Below, in pieces: positions 25,025 through 38,379 of a DNA stretch of 64,000 nt. The DNA comes from Octopus sinensis (taxonomy: Eukaryota): assembly GCF_006345805.1 (NCBI RefSeq), contig NW_021833299.1:17689-81688 (forward strand), in the 5' to 3' direction. Below the pieces are notes generated by a model. It was not told the origin of the DNA. It did not search any database and saw only the letters and a list, made by a program, of their open reading frames with translations. Each line of letters opens with the position of its first letter. The stretch's first letter is position 1. The position numbers were made by a program, and so were the translations under genes.

Positions 25025-25286
25025 GATCATTTCGGTTGACGGACAATTCGCCGAAACACAGTTGGTCTACAGACAATTGACCGACAGACATCTTACAGAC
25101 AGGACAATTGTGTGGTATGGTGCAGAGTCCTGTTGTCAGGCATAGGGTGTTCCAGTAGCCACCCTCTTGACCCAGGACAGCACAACCTCCTCCAGGCACT
25201 TGATGTAGGCGTCCGTGTTGAGTCTGAGGTCGCGTGGGAATTGTCTGTCAGCGAATTGTCTGTCGACGAATTGTCTGCACGCGGAT
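25025..25286. mobile_element. MITE-like element with mirrored GACAATT subterminal repeats enclosing a transposase fragment
   Basis: GACAATT three times on the left (25042, 25072, 25103) and GAATTGTC three times on the right (25238, 25255, 25269). Confidence 0.55.
25111..25240 (-). pseudogene. Tc1/mariner (maT/DD37D-like) transposase fragment
   Basis: The minus strand reads FPRDLRLNTDAYIKCLEEVVLSWVKRVATGTPYA*QQDSAPYH, which includes the second catalytic Asp motif QQDSAP. Confidence 0.8.
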
Positions 25287-25756
25287 CATTGCTGACCTAT
25301 GTCACCACAAGGTCCAGTTCTTGTGGTGTATTGGATTCTTTGCCTCGATGATCTTGAGAACTATGGCAACGGAGTGCAAGTTCCTGGCAGGGCTTCCCAT
25401 GCCGGACAATTCAGAGGCCAGATGCCAGATGCCAGATATCAGACTAATATGGACCACCTCTTCCCAGAGGTAAAAATAGATTTGTATAAGGCCAACATCC
25501 TATGGTTCATAGGAGCGAAAGACTTAATTAATTAAGCAAACCTATGGCTAAAAAGTAAGGAAGGCCCATTTTGTAATGTAGTCCAAGTTACACTATGTTC
25601 AGGGGTGTATATTTCGGGTGGGCTAGGTGTGCGCTGCACACACATCGAAAATGGTAAATCCATTATAAATATTAACTTATTAATTTAATCCCAAATCAAA
25701 ACGGAAAATTTTTGTTATGCCCCTGTTTGAAATTTGGTGGTGGGTGTCCTGAAATA

Positions 25757-26322
25757 TTGGGTTGTCCGGAAAGTTCGTGCCGATTTTTAAAGGAAATAAA
25801 AAGGTCAATAAATACTTGCCCTTATATTTTTAATCAACCAAATATGAACCATTTTGTTGCACAATGCGTCTCCATCTTCCTTTTAACTTGAAAATACCCT
25901 CTTCCCAGAATTGAGGTGGTTTCATGGCAAAGAATTCATAAAGGTATCTTTTTACGTCATCCAAGGAATTGAAATTTTTACAATTAAGACTATTCTGCAG
26001 AGACCTGAATAAGTGGTAATCCAAAGGAGCAATATCTGGTGAATATGGAGGGTGGGGTAACACATCCCAGCCAAGCTGCAGCAATTTTTGTCTGGTTCCC
26101 AAAGCATCAAGTGCCGAAAATGAACTTTCTTATCTTCCATTTTAAAGGGTTACAGAATTAACACAGGTTATAGGAACATAAGCTATCTTCCACGAAAAGA
26201 TAGCTTAAACTGTACTGTAAATGGAGGTGTAGTCAAATCCTATTTTATGGACTCAACCATGTTCTAAAATAAGACGAAAGGTAAGCTACTATAAATCGGC
26301 ACGAACTTTCCGGACAACCCAG
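25757..26322 (-). mobile_element. 566-bp internally deleted mariner (first 13 codons fused to the C-terminus)
   Basis: Same TIRs as 4440, TA flanks. MEDKKVHFRHLML is joined out of frame to GTRQKLLQLGWDVLPHPPYSPDIAPLDYHLFRSLQN (YSPDIAP-D motif). Confidence 0.95.
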
Positions 26323-26599
26323 TAACACTGCATACATCACAGCAAATTGTATCCTAGTATGGTGCCGGGCATATCGTAAGATAATGTGGGAATAACATAA
26401 AATTAATGGCGAAGGATGTGCGACAGCTTTGACCGTACGGTTCGTTTTCGTGGCGAGAAGCTGCACGTTTAAATTAATTGAACATTCCTAAACTAAAACT
26501 AATGTTAGTCATAGTATAGTTAGTGTGGTGGCACACCCAATCATACCAACTGCTATACGCCACTGGTTATGTCTGAATAAAAAGGAGTACTGAGTTACC

Positions 26600-27185
26600 G
26601 CTAAGCAACGTTTCTTAATAATTCTGTAAAATTTGGGTTGACCGTAGTCTAAATAACAGTTAACAAAGAATAACACATTATGACTGAATGAAAAAAAGAA
26701 GCAGATAGTTACAACTAGATCGCACTTGTTCATAGTTCTGCAAGATTTGGGTTTATCGTAGTCTAAATAACAGTTATTAAAGAACAACACATTGGATGGC
26801 TTAGTAGTTAGGGTGTCAGATCATGATCGTAAGATTGTAGTTTCGATTCCTGGACCGGGCGACGCGTTGTGTTCTTGAGCAAAGCACTTCATTTCACGTT
26901 GCTCTAGTCCACTCAGCTGGCAAAAATGAGTAACGCTGCGATCGACTGGCGTCTCGTCCAGCTGGGGAAGACATACGCCATAGAAACCGGGAAACCGGGC
27001 CCATGAGCCTGGCTAGGCTTGAAAAGGGCGCATTTATTATTATTTTTTTTTAGATACATTATGCTTGAATGAAAAAGGAGCGGGTAGTTACAGACAGACC
27101 GCACTTGTTCATAGTTCTGCAAGATTTGGGTTGATCGTGGTGTAAATAACAGTTAGCAAAGAATATCACATTGGATAATGTAGTC
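26600..27185. repeat. Three diverged ~110-bp local repeats interrupted by a SINE (26793-27035, +)
   Basis: GATTTGGGTT(G/T)A(C/T)CGT(A/G)GT(C/G)TAAATAACAGTTA recurs near 26630, 26745 and 27125. Confidence 0.75.
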
Positions 27186-27539
27186 CTAGATGCACTATTC
27201 CTTAGAAAGAAAAGAAACAAGGACAAGAGGGTCACATCTTGACCTGCTTTCATAATATTGTATATCTGTTCAATTGGGGCTGATTTGGAACATAAACACT
27301 ACCATCATCACCACCACCACCACCACCACCACCACTACTACCACTACTACCACCACCAACAGCAGACAACAACGACAACAGCATGAACAACAGCAGCAAT
27401 AAGAAATAGGAGAAACAACGGCGTCAGTGGTGATGAAATTCCGACAATGGGTTTCAATCTACGGTTCCATGAGTTTGGCAGCGGAACCTGTCAGCAGATA
27501 ACCATTCCCCTTCATCCTGTCAATCTTTATCTTCTTATT

Positions 27540-27975
27540 TACAGTATACTCCTCTTCATCTTCTTCCTCTCCCACTTTCTTCTTCTTCTTCTTCATCTTC
27601 TTCCTCTCCCACTTTCTTCTTCTTCTTCTTCTCTTCTTCGTCTTCTTCTTCGTCTCTTCTTTTCTTCTCTTCTTCTCTTCTTCCTTTCTTCTTCTTCTTT
27701 CTCTATTCTCTTCTTCTTCTTCTTTTCTTCTTCTTTTCTTCTTCTTTCTTTTTCTCTCTTCTTCTTCTCTTCTTCTCTTCTCCTTCTTCTTCTTCTTCTC
27801 CTTCTTCTTCTTCTTCTTCTTCTTCTCCTTCTTCTTCTTCTAGCCTCCCCTCCTTCTCCTCCTCCACTTCCTCCTCCTCCACCACCTCCTCCTTCCTTCC
27901 AATCTTCCTTCCTTCCTTCCTTCCTTCCTTCCTTCCTTCCTTCCTTCCTTCCTTCCTTCCTTCCCTCCATCCTTC
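27540..27975. repeat. (CTT)n/(CCTT)n polypyrimidine tract
   Basis: Directly visible. Confidence 0.95.
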
Positions 27976-29011
27976 CTCCCTTCGTCTCGCTCATATAACA
28001 ACGCTACTTAGGTTAGTAAGGCTTGATTGATACCTAAACCAGGACTTATCAGCCATTCACGTAAGATTACAGCTAATCAGCGGCTTAACTCAAAACTTTC
28101 GCCAAACGAATTCATTTCACTACGGCCGTTTCTTCCCCCTCTCCTCTCTCTCTCTCTCTCGCCCCCTCTCTCTCGCTCTCTCTATCTCCCCCTCTCTCTC
28201 TTACGTTTTTCGTGATGTACCGAATATATAGACATATTTATGTATTAGTTAGATATCGAATCTAGTAACTAACGTTGCAATGATATAATCATATTATCAT
28301 AGCGTTTGATGTGAGACGACGACGATGGCGGCGGCGGTGGGCGGTGGTCGGTGGCGTTGGCGTTGGCGTGGCGGTCGGAGCTGGTTTTGAAGATGTAGTT
28401 GATTTTGATTTTTTTACCAAAAACCAGCGGAACAAAACCAAACATGGATTTATTTTATTGTATGGGTTGGTTTTTTTTTCTCTGATTTTCTGTTTTATTT
28501 TTGTTGTTGTTGTTGCTGTTGTTGTTTTGAGTTTTCTTTTTTTTCTTCGTTCCGCCATCTGATTCGACATTTTTCGTTCCTTTTCGTTTCAGTGGAATAC
28601 ACATCCCTCCCCCCTCCACACTCACTCACTCCCCCGACCCACCCACCCACATGTTATATATATGTCTAGATATCTATGTTATACACACGCGCATACATAC
28701 ACATGACATATATACACATACATACACATGCTATACACAGACACAGATACACACACACACTCACACTCACACGCACACATACATACACATGTAAATATGT
28801 GTGAATATTTACAACTATATACATGTTTGTATATATATATATATGCGTGTGTGTATGTATGTATATATATATATATATATGCATGTATATATATATATGT
28901 ATGTTTATATATGTATATATGTATATATATATTTTATAAATATATATATATGTATGTATATATATACATACGGATATACATGCATTTACATTATGCATAC
29001 ATAGGATATAT

Positions 29012-29058
<47 letters not shown>

Positions 29059-29687
29059 TATATTTATATTTATAATTTTTATTTATATGTTTCTTATATT
29101 CTGCTGCTGGTTATAATCACTGGACTACGGTCATGTGCGGGCACCACGTTCAAAGATTTTAAACAATCAGATCGACCCCCAGAACTGTTTCACTATCATA
29201 GTTATCCTATCCTTCCTTAACGAATCACTAAGCTATACTATACAAAAGGAGACACAAAGCCGGGTTCCACCTGCATGCATAACCACACACTGATGGACAA
29301 ATGCAAACAACAAACACACACACACACACACACGTTATCCTTTGTGCTGGGGCCCAGAACGATTTTCTTTGTGAAATGAACTTATCACCAAATCTATACC
29401 CGTGCCTTTGTATGTAGGTACATTTTCTTTTTCTCTTTTCAATTCAGAAGTTAATTTCGACTAGCTTGCTGCTTAGTAGCAAGATTGTGGAAGAAAGCAT
29501 CTTCTTTGGTTCATCATCCCTTAAATATTAAGAAGGTCTTGCAGTTCTTTATAGTCCCAGATATCGCGATCATTTCTAACGTTTTGCATTCTTTCTCAAA
29601 GAACCCCAAGTTCAGCCATACCTTGCTCAAGTTCCTGCCCTGTTCCTTCAATAATAATGTAAAACTGAAAGTATATCACAGCAGTGT

Positions 29688-29990
29688 GGAGGCACATGGC
29701 CTAGTGGTTAGAGCAATGGACTCGCGGTCGAGGGAACGTCTGTTCGAATCTCAGACCGGGCGATGTGTGTGTTTATGAGCGAAACTCCTAAGCTCCACGC
29801 GGCTCCGGCAGAAGGTAATGGCGAACTTCTGCTGATTCTTTCGCCACAACTTTCTCTCACTCTTTCCTCCTGCATCTTGAAGCTCACCTGCGACGGACCG
29901 GCGTCGCGTCCAGGTGGGGAACCTATACGCCAAGGAAACCGGGAAAACCGGCCCTAATGAGCCAGGCATGGCTTGAGAAGGAACAAAACA
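29688..29990 (+). mobile_element. tRNA-derived SINE, family 1 variant
   Basis: Matches 12065-12370. Confidence 0.87.
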
Positions 29991-30039
29991 AATATCACGG
30001 TAGTGGATTTGCAAACTATTTATCATTCATAGACGTTTT

Positions 30040-30474
30040 CTTTCTCCAATATATGGCTGCGTTCATGCTGGAGCACCGCCTTTAGTCGAGCAAATCGACC
30101 CCTGGACTTATTATTTGTAAGCCAAGTACTTATTCTATCGGTCTCTTTTGCCGAACCGTTAAGTTACGGAGACGTAAATACATCCCCATCGGTTGCCAAG
30201 TGATGTTGGAGGGGGGACAAACAGACACACAAACGCACACACACACACACACAACACACACACACACACACACATATAAATATATACATATACATATATA
30301 CATATACATATATGCGACGGGTTTCTTTCAGTTTCTGTCTACCAAATCCACTCACAAGGCTTTGGTCGGCTCGAGGCTATAGTAGAAAACACTTGCTCAA
30401 GTTGCCACGCAGTGGGACTGAACCCGGAACCATGTGGCTGGTAAGCAAGCAACTTACCACACAGCCACTCCTGT
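30040..30474 (-). mobile_element. Family-4 SINE
   Basis: Same head, core and tail as 19998, with an internal (CA)n(TA)n tract. Confidence 0.88.
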
Positions 30475-31097
30475 AGCTATTTGTTTATTATTTATTTATT
30501 CATTATGTATATATTTATTTATGTATGTGTGTATGTGTGTCCATGTATACATGTTCTCCTTGGTATCACATGTAAATGCAACCAGTGGGGAGTTTTCGAT
30601 TTAGGAGTTCTTGAGTTGTGGGAGAGCGCGGAGTCACCCGTCAATTACCAGTATTCCCAGGAGCGTTCTGACTCGTAATAGTAGTATCTACGGGTTAAAT
30701 AGAGTTCCCAGAGGTAGTGGAGGTTCTCGTCATTTTTGAAAAACCCGGGGCGGAGGTAGTTCTTGCCCTAGAAAAATCCTCTGGCAGAAGCAACCTCTCA
30801 ATCAAATTAGTATCAGTCATCTTTGAATGCTTATTGCAAGATGACTAGAACTTGCTATGTCCTCCGACAAAGTGGTAAAAGTGTTGTACAAGCTTTCGTC
30901 ACTTAAATGCAATGATTTCAACCGCTTTGTATATCACAAAGTTTTATGGCGATGGTGCATGGCGACATGCAAAGTCATATCCGCGCACATGAAACTATGA
31001 AAAGTAACGAGAAAAATTAGGATCAATGTGAGAAGATGAGGCAATCATTATGTATTTATGTATGTCTTGTTCGGTTTTATTTCAAGATTTCTTGCAA

Positions 31098-31490
31098 TAG
31101 GAGTGGCTGTGTGGTAAGTAGCTTGCTAACCAACCATATGGTTCCGGGTTCAGTCCCACTGCGTGGCATCTTGGGCAAGTGTCTTCTGCTATAGCCTCGG
31201 GCCGACCAATGCCTTGTGAGTGGATTTGGTAGACGGAAACTGAAAGAAGCCTGTCGTATATATGTATATATATAATATGTGTGTGTATGTTTGTGTGTGT
31301 GTGTTTGTCCCCCTAGCATTGCTTGACAACCGATGGTGGTGTGTTTATGTCACTTAGCAGTTCGGCAAAAAGAGACCGATAGAATAAGTACTGGGCTTAC
31401 AAGGAATAAGTCCCGGGGTCAATTTGCTCGACCAAAGGCGGTGCTCCAGCATGGCCGCAGTCAAATGACTGAAACAAGTAAAAGAATAGA
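31098..31490 (+). mobile_element. Family-4 SINE
   Basis: TAGGAGTGGCTGTGTGGTAAG head through the GACTGAAACAAGTAAAAGA tail. Confidence 0.9.
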
Positions 31491-31959
31491 GAAAGAGCCG
31501 GTTTCTAACCTAGATTCAAGTTATTGAACAAAGTCAAGGAAATGGAGTCGGCTGGTTGGTTGGTTTGTCGGTTGGCTGGCTGGTTGGCTGGTTTGGTCGG
31601 TGGGTCGGCTATAGTAGAACACACTTGCCGATGATCCTACGCCATGGGACTGAACGTAGAACCATGTGGTTGGGAAGCAATCTTCTTACCACACGACTAC
31701 GCCTGAACCGATGGCAGACAGATCTTAAAGCAATCTTACATGGACCTCCAACTGTCAAATTTACTTCTGTTGGGAACCACTGATTTGGGCCCTTGTAAAT
31801 CCAATATTAAAATTGACTTCGATATGAATCGAATCTTCGTTATATCTCAGAGGCAATATGTCTGAAATAAAAAAAGAAAAAAATGAAAATAAAAGAACGG
31901 AGAAATGGCTGCAGAAAAAAAGAATTGTTTGGTTTGGGCAGACGTCGGAGGTAAACACC

Positions 31960-32799
31960 GCCACCACCACCACCACCACCACAACCACAACCATTACCAC
32001 CACCATCAACACTACAACCACTACCATGACCACCACCACAACTACAACAATTGCCATCACCATCACCACTACTATCTCAAACGCCACCATCACCACCAGC
32101 ACAACTACCAACACTACCATGACCACCACCACAACAATTACCAATACTACCACCATTACCACTACTATCTCAAACACCACCACCACCAGTACTACTACCA
32201 TCACTACCATGACCACCACCACTACTACAACCATTACCACCACCATCACCACTACTATCTCAAACACCACCACCACCAGCACTACTACCATCACTACCAT
32301 GACCACCACCACAACTACAACCATTACCACCACCATCACCACTACTATCTCAAACACCACCACCACCAGCACTACTACCACCACTACCATGACCACCACC
32401 ACAACTACAACCATTACCACCACCATCACCACTACTATCTCAAACACCACCACCACCAGCACTACTACCACCACTACCATGACCACCACCACAACTACAA
32501 CCATCACCACTACTATCTCAAACACCACCACCACCAGTACTACTACCATGACCACCACCTCAACAACAACCATTACCACCACCATCACCACTACTATCTC
32601 AAACACCACCACCACCACCACCAGCACTACTACCACCACTAACATGACCACCACCACAACTACAACCATTGCCACCACCATCACCATTACTATCTCAAAC
32701 ACCACCATCACCAGCACTACTACCGCCACTACCATGACCACCACCACAACTACAACCATTACCACCACCATCACCACTACTATCTCAAACAACACCACC

Positions 32800-32830
<31 letters not shown>
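31960..32830. repeat. 90-bp minisatellite built from ACC/ACT/ACA/ATC triplets
   Basis: ACTACTATCTCAAACACC recurs at 32161, 32251, 32341 and 32431 (exact 90-bp period), with shorter variants on either side. Confidence 0.95.
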
Positions 32831-32831
<1 letters not shown>

Positions 32832-33242
32832 CAACCTTCATTGTATTGCAGCAGGTAAAAGAGAAGAGATGTCAGCAATATCGAAGACCCCCACCCCACC
32901 CCACCTCCGACCCCAGCACCAGAGATTGAGGCTTACGAAAGACCCTGTATTCAATTTTAAGTGAGAAGTCTTCTTCTTCCCGACATGTTGCTGCTATTTC
33001 ACAATGCCTCTGCCATACACACTCGAACAACGCCTGGTTCCTAATTCTAGAGAAAATCGCTCGTATTAAATATATTTTGTTGCTGTTGTTATTGTTGTTG
33101 TGGTTGTTTGTTGTTGTTGTTGTTGTTGTTGTGCTGTTGTCCAACCCTCATGAAAGCCTAATCGAACAGGTTAATCGAAAGCCTAATCGAAGACATCCAG
33201 TGACATTTATATAAGAATAACAGCAAACACAAGAGTTGGTTG

Positions 33243-34410
33243 ACAGGCTAGTTGGCTGGTAGGCTGGTTTGTCGGTTGGTCATTGGCAGGCTGGTTGGCT
33301 GGTTTGTCGGTTGGTCATGGGCAGGCTGGTTGGCTGGTTTGTCGGTTGGTCATGGCAGGCTGGTTGGCTGGTTTTGTGGTTGGTCATGGCAGGCTGGTTG
33401 GCTGGTTTGTCGGTTGGTCATGGGCAGGCTGGTTGGCTGGTTTGTCGGTTGGTCATGGGCAGGCTGGTTGGCTGGTTTGTCGGTTGGTCATGGGCAGGCT
33501 GGTTGGCTGGTTTGTCGGTTGGTCATGGGCAGGCTGGTTGGCTGGTTTCTCGGTTGGTCATGGGCAGGCTGGTTGGCTGGTTTGTCGGTTGGTCATGGGC
33601 AGGCTGGTTGGCTGGTTTGTCGGTTGGTCATGGGCAGGCTGGTTGGCTGGTTTGTCGGTTGGTCATGGGCAGGCTGGTTGGCTGGTTTGTCGGTTGGTCA
33701 TTGGCAGGCTGGTTGGCTGGTTTGTCGGTTGGTCATGGGCAGGCTGGTTGGCTGGTTTGTCGGTTGGTCATGGGCAGGCTGGTTGGCTGGTTTGTCGGTT
33801 GGTCATGGGTTGGCTGGTTGGCTGGTTTGTCGGTTGGTCATGGGCAGGCTGGTTGGCTGGTTTGTCGGTTGGTCATGGGCAGGCTGGTTGGCTGGTTTGT
33901 CGGTTGGTCATGGGTTGGCAGGTTGGTTGGTTTGTCGGTTGGTTGGTTTGTCGGTTGGTTGGTTTGTCGGTTGGTTGGTTTGTCGGTTGGCTGGTTTGTC
34001 GGTTGGTCATGGGTTGGCAGGTCGGTTGGTTTGTCGGTTGGTCATGGGTTGGCTGGTTGGTTGGTTTGTCGGTTGGTGATGGGTTGGCTGGTTGGTTGGT
34101 TTGTCGGTGGTCATGGGTTGGCTGGTTGGCTGGTTTGTCGGTTGGTCATGGGTTGGCTGGTTGGCTGGTTTGTCGGTTGGTCATGGGTTGGCTGGTTGGT
34201 TGGTTTGTCGGTTGGCCATGGGTTGGCTGGTTGGCTGGTTTGTCGGTTGGTCATGGGTTGGCAGGTTGGTTGGTTTGTCGGTTGGTCATAGGCAGGCTGG
34301 TTGGCTGGTTTGTCGGTTGGTGATGGGTTGGCTGGTCGGTTTGTTAGCTGGTTGGTTGGTTGGTTTGTCGGTTGGTTGGCTGGTTGGTAGGTTGGTCGAG
34401 TTTGTCGGTG
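33243..34410. repeat. 35-bp G-rich minisatellite (GTCGGTTGGTCATGGGCAGGCTGGTTGGCTGGTTT)n
   Basis: Roughly 30 units. The 35-aa periodicity in all three frames of the ORF track equals three units. Confidence 0.97.
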
Positions 34411-34659
34411 GGTCGGTGGGTAATATAACGAAAATCAATCGATATTAGGTTACCCACGTACGCGCGTTTCGGAATTAGATCGGTATAAAGAATAAATAAT
34501 TATATCTTTCCCGACCATGTGGAACCATGTGGTTGGGAAGCAATCTTCTTACTACACAAATTTTAAAGTTTTATGTAAAGATTTCTTGTCAATAGAGAAA
34601 GAGTTGCTTTCTGAGATCCAAGACTCCGCCATTGGAATTTCATCATCAAAAACAGAGTA

Positions 34660-35940
34660 TTTTTGTTTGTTTGTATGTATGTATGTATGTGTGTGTGTGT
34701 ATGTGTGCAGATTTGCATGTTTTGTTTTATGTGTGTATTCTCATGTATATTGTTGCATATTTAGACATGCTTATATAAATTTAAATGATAAACTTCTGGA
34801 AGTATGTATGTATGCATGTATGTATATATCTATGTATGCATGTGTATCTATATATGTATGTATGAATGCATGTGTGTCTCTATATGTATGTATGCATGTA
34901 TGATTGTATATGTATGTATGTAAACGTATGTATGTATCTACGTATGTATGTGTGTCAATGTATGTCTGTATGCATGTATGCTTGTATATATGTATATATG
35001 TATGCATGTATATATGTATGAATGTATAGAAATACTCGAACACGAGTTTGCAGCCATCATGTATGTATGTATGTATGTATGTATATATGCATGTATATAT
35101 GCATGTATGTATGCATGTATGTATGTATGCATGTATGTATGTATGTATGTATGCATGTATGTATGTATGTATGTATGCATGCATGTATGTATGCATGCAT
35201 GTATGTATGTATGTATGCATGTATGTATATGTATGTATGTATGTATGTAGTATGAATGCATGCATGCATGTATGTAGTATGAATGTATGCAGGTATGTAT
35301 GTATGTATATATGTATGCATGCATGTATGTATGTATCTATGTATGCATGTATGTATGTATGTATGCATACATGCATGTATGTATATATGCATGTATATAT
35401 GCATGTATATATGCATGTATGTATGTATGCATGCCAGTATGTATGTATGTATGTATGTATGTATGTATGTATGTATGTATGTATGTTGCATGTATGTAGT
35501 ATGTATGCATGTATTTAGTATGTATGCATGTATGTATGTATGTATGTATGTATGTATGTATGTATGTATCCATGTATGTATGTATGTATGTATGCATGTA
35601 TGTATGTATGAATGTATGTATGCATGTATGTATGTATGTATGTATATATGTATGCATGCATGTATGTATGTATCTATGTATGCATGTATGTATGTATGTA
35701 TTCATACATGCATGCATGTATATATGCATGTATATATGCATGTATGTATGTATGCATGCCAGTATGTATGTATGTATGCATGTATGTATGCATGTATGTA
35801 TGTATGTATGCATATATGTATGTATATATGCATGCATGCATATATGTATGTACGTACGTATGTATGTATGTATGTATGTATGTATGTATGTATGTATGTT
35901 GTATGTATGTATGTATGTATGTATGCGTACGTATGTACGT
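34660..35940. repeat. (TATG)n/(CATG)n microsatellite field
   Basis: Directly visible, with an internal higher-order duplication (GCATGCCAGTATG near 35430 and 35755). Confidence 0.96.
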
Positions 35941-36769
35941 ACAAGCAATGGCACTTCCCCATAGCCTGACAGCTGAAGCAATTGTAATTTTCTGTCGCCA
36001 TTCGCCGATCTTATCTTATCAGTGAAAGAGTATAGAAATGTGTCGAGTGGATTGTACATGTTATTCAAAAGGTACGGCTTTGTCACACGCACTTTGTGAG
36101 TCTGTGTGTGTGTATGTGTGTGTGTGTTTGTGTATATGTGGTTGCGTGTGTGTGTATGTATTTATATGTGTATGTGTATGTGTAGGTGTGTATGTGTGTA
36201 TGTGATGTTTGTGTATTTATGAGCTTTGGTGGGGTACGCAATGATTTTAGCTACCCTTTGATTTTTGTATTTTTCCAAAAAATTTTTAATTAGTTAAGTT
36301 TTCTCTCCATTGTAGCTACATGTATGAATTTAATCTATGCCTTTTTTGAAGGGGTGGGTGGGGTGCGGAGGGATTAATTGTAAATTTAATTAGATAAAAC
36401 ACAACAATGAAAACCATTAGGGAAAAGCGATATTGATGACATCGATGAATTTACACGCAAGCAAATCCTTGGATGGTATCGATACATACATACATGCATA
36501 CGCATGCACGCACGCTCACACATGCACACTCACACTAACACACGTTTGTGCACACACACACTCGCGCGCACACAAATATGCGTATACACGCATTGTATGT
36601 ACGCAAAGGCGTGCGATCTAGTGGTTAGGATGTTCGTCTCGAGATCATAATGTAGTAGGTTCGATTCATGGAGCAGACAGTGCGTTCTGTCCTTAAGCAA
36701 GGCACTTCATTTATACGTTTCACCCGTCTCCTTAGCTGAAAATTGCGGAGTTGTCGGCTGCTGGAGCAG

Positions 36770-37255
36770 CTCTCTCTCTCCCCGACTCTTTCCCACATTT
36801 CTTTCCCCTCTCTCTTTCCCACCTCTCTTTCCCTTCTCTCTTTCCCACCTCTCTTTCTATCTCTCTGTTTCCCACCTCTCTTTCTCCCTCTTTCTTTCCT
36901 ACCTCTCTTTTCCCCTCTCACTTTCCACCTCTCTTTTTCCCTCTCTCTTTCCCACCTCCCTTTCTCCCTCTCCCTTTCCCACCTCTCTTTCCCTCTCTCT
37001 CTTTCCCTCTCTTCCCCCTCTCTCTTTCCCTTTCTTCCCTCTCTCTTTCCAACCTCTCTTTTTCCCTCCCTCTTTCCCACCTCTCTTTCCCCCTCTCTCT
37101 TTCCCACCTATGTTTACCCCTCTCTCTTTCTCACCTCTCTTTCCCTCTCTCTTTCCCCTCTCTTTCTCACCTCTCATCCCCTCTCTCTTTCCGACCTCAC
37201 TTAAACCCTGTTTCCCCCTGTTTCTCCCTGTCTCTTCCTCTCTCCATCTCCTTCC
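36770..37255. repeat. Polypyrimidine minisatellite (CTCTCTTTCCC/AC units)
   Basis: An almost purely C/T tract of ~480 bp. Confidence 0.93.
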
Positions 37256-38379
37256 AGTTGTCACATCCTCCTAGATGGGTCGCTAGCCCAAACCATAGCA
37301 GAATCGAACTGGCTTCTACATCAGCCCTCGACTACAACACAGACACTTAAAAACAAATTCTCAAAATCATTTTATACATTACCAAACGATACCCCTTTAC
37401 CACTGACCGACGGCTCTTATATATTTCAATAAAATTTTCTCAGCACCGAACGCCATTCCCCAACACTTGATATAAAACCATAAAAGTATCAAACAGATAT
37501 AAAATGGTACAACAATGGAAAATTAGGAATCAAAATCCTTGGGTGCCATCCTTTCTCGTGCTATGCCTTGGCAATTGCATTCCTTTAATTATTTCTCTAC
37601 TTCCTTCTTCAAATTGCTCTTGTGCCTCCACATGCCATAAATCATATTTGTGTCGTAAGACCTTGCGAGTGAGAGGTGTCACACGGTACCCGTATTGTTA
37701 TCACTGGGGAAATAAATAACATTATCTTCGTCCCGATTCGTGGTTGTAATTTATTTTAATTCCCATCGATATCTTTTGGAAATGTCAAATTTCCAAGAAT
37801 TTTATTTGAATTTTCAACTTGTCCATTTTTGCAGTATTGCGATTATTATTAATGTTTTTTTTTCTGCTGCTGCCATTCTAACGGTTATTCTCGCTGCTGC
37901 TGCGACTTCTGCTGCTGCCGTTGTTGTGTTGTTGTTGTTGTTGCTGCTGTTGTTGTTGTTTTTGCTGTTGTTGTTGTTGTTGTTGTTCTTCTTCTTCTTC
38001 TTCTTCTTCTTCTCCTTCTTCTTCTCCTTCTTCTTCTCCTTCTTCTTCTTCTTCTTCTTCTTCTTCTTCTTCTTCTTCTTCTTCTTCTTCTTCTTCCAAT
38101 CAGGACTCACGCAATTCGCCACACAGAATAATCTCTAATTCGAGTCTACTCTAAGCTTCTAAGAATGCGTGTGGCAACTTGAAGATCCACCCACCACACG
38201 CGATGGACTGGCGGATGCACGGGCGCGAAAGCTACGTTGTTGTCCTCATTCCGTAAACGGTGGCTTTTTACAGGTGGAGAGCTGAACCATCCTAGGGTAC
38301 AGAGGATTCGCAATCTAGACTAGACTTTGAATGTTTACCACACCATAGTGGATTACACTATGGTTCCTCTGCTTTGTGG

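Noticed and set aside
25299-25535. GC-richer ORF next to the maT fragment
   Set aside because: No recognisable homology in any frame; left unassigned.
31765-33046. Phase-compatible minus-strand exon pair (33046-32937 and 31861-31765)
   Set aside because: Splice signals are good, but the peptide has no recognisable homology and the second exon runs into a hAT-like CAGTGGTTCCCAAC end. An equally plausible plus-strand pair exists, which suggests chance.
33252-34323. Three overlapping 275-346-aa Trp/Gly-rich ORFs
   Set aside because: The 35-bp unit lacks stops in all frames and the same peptide cycles through each frame, so this is a minisatellite artefact.
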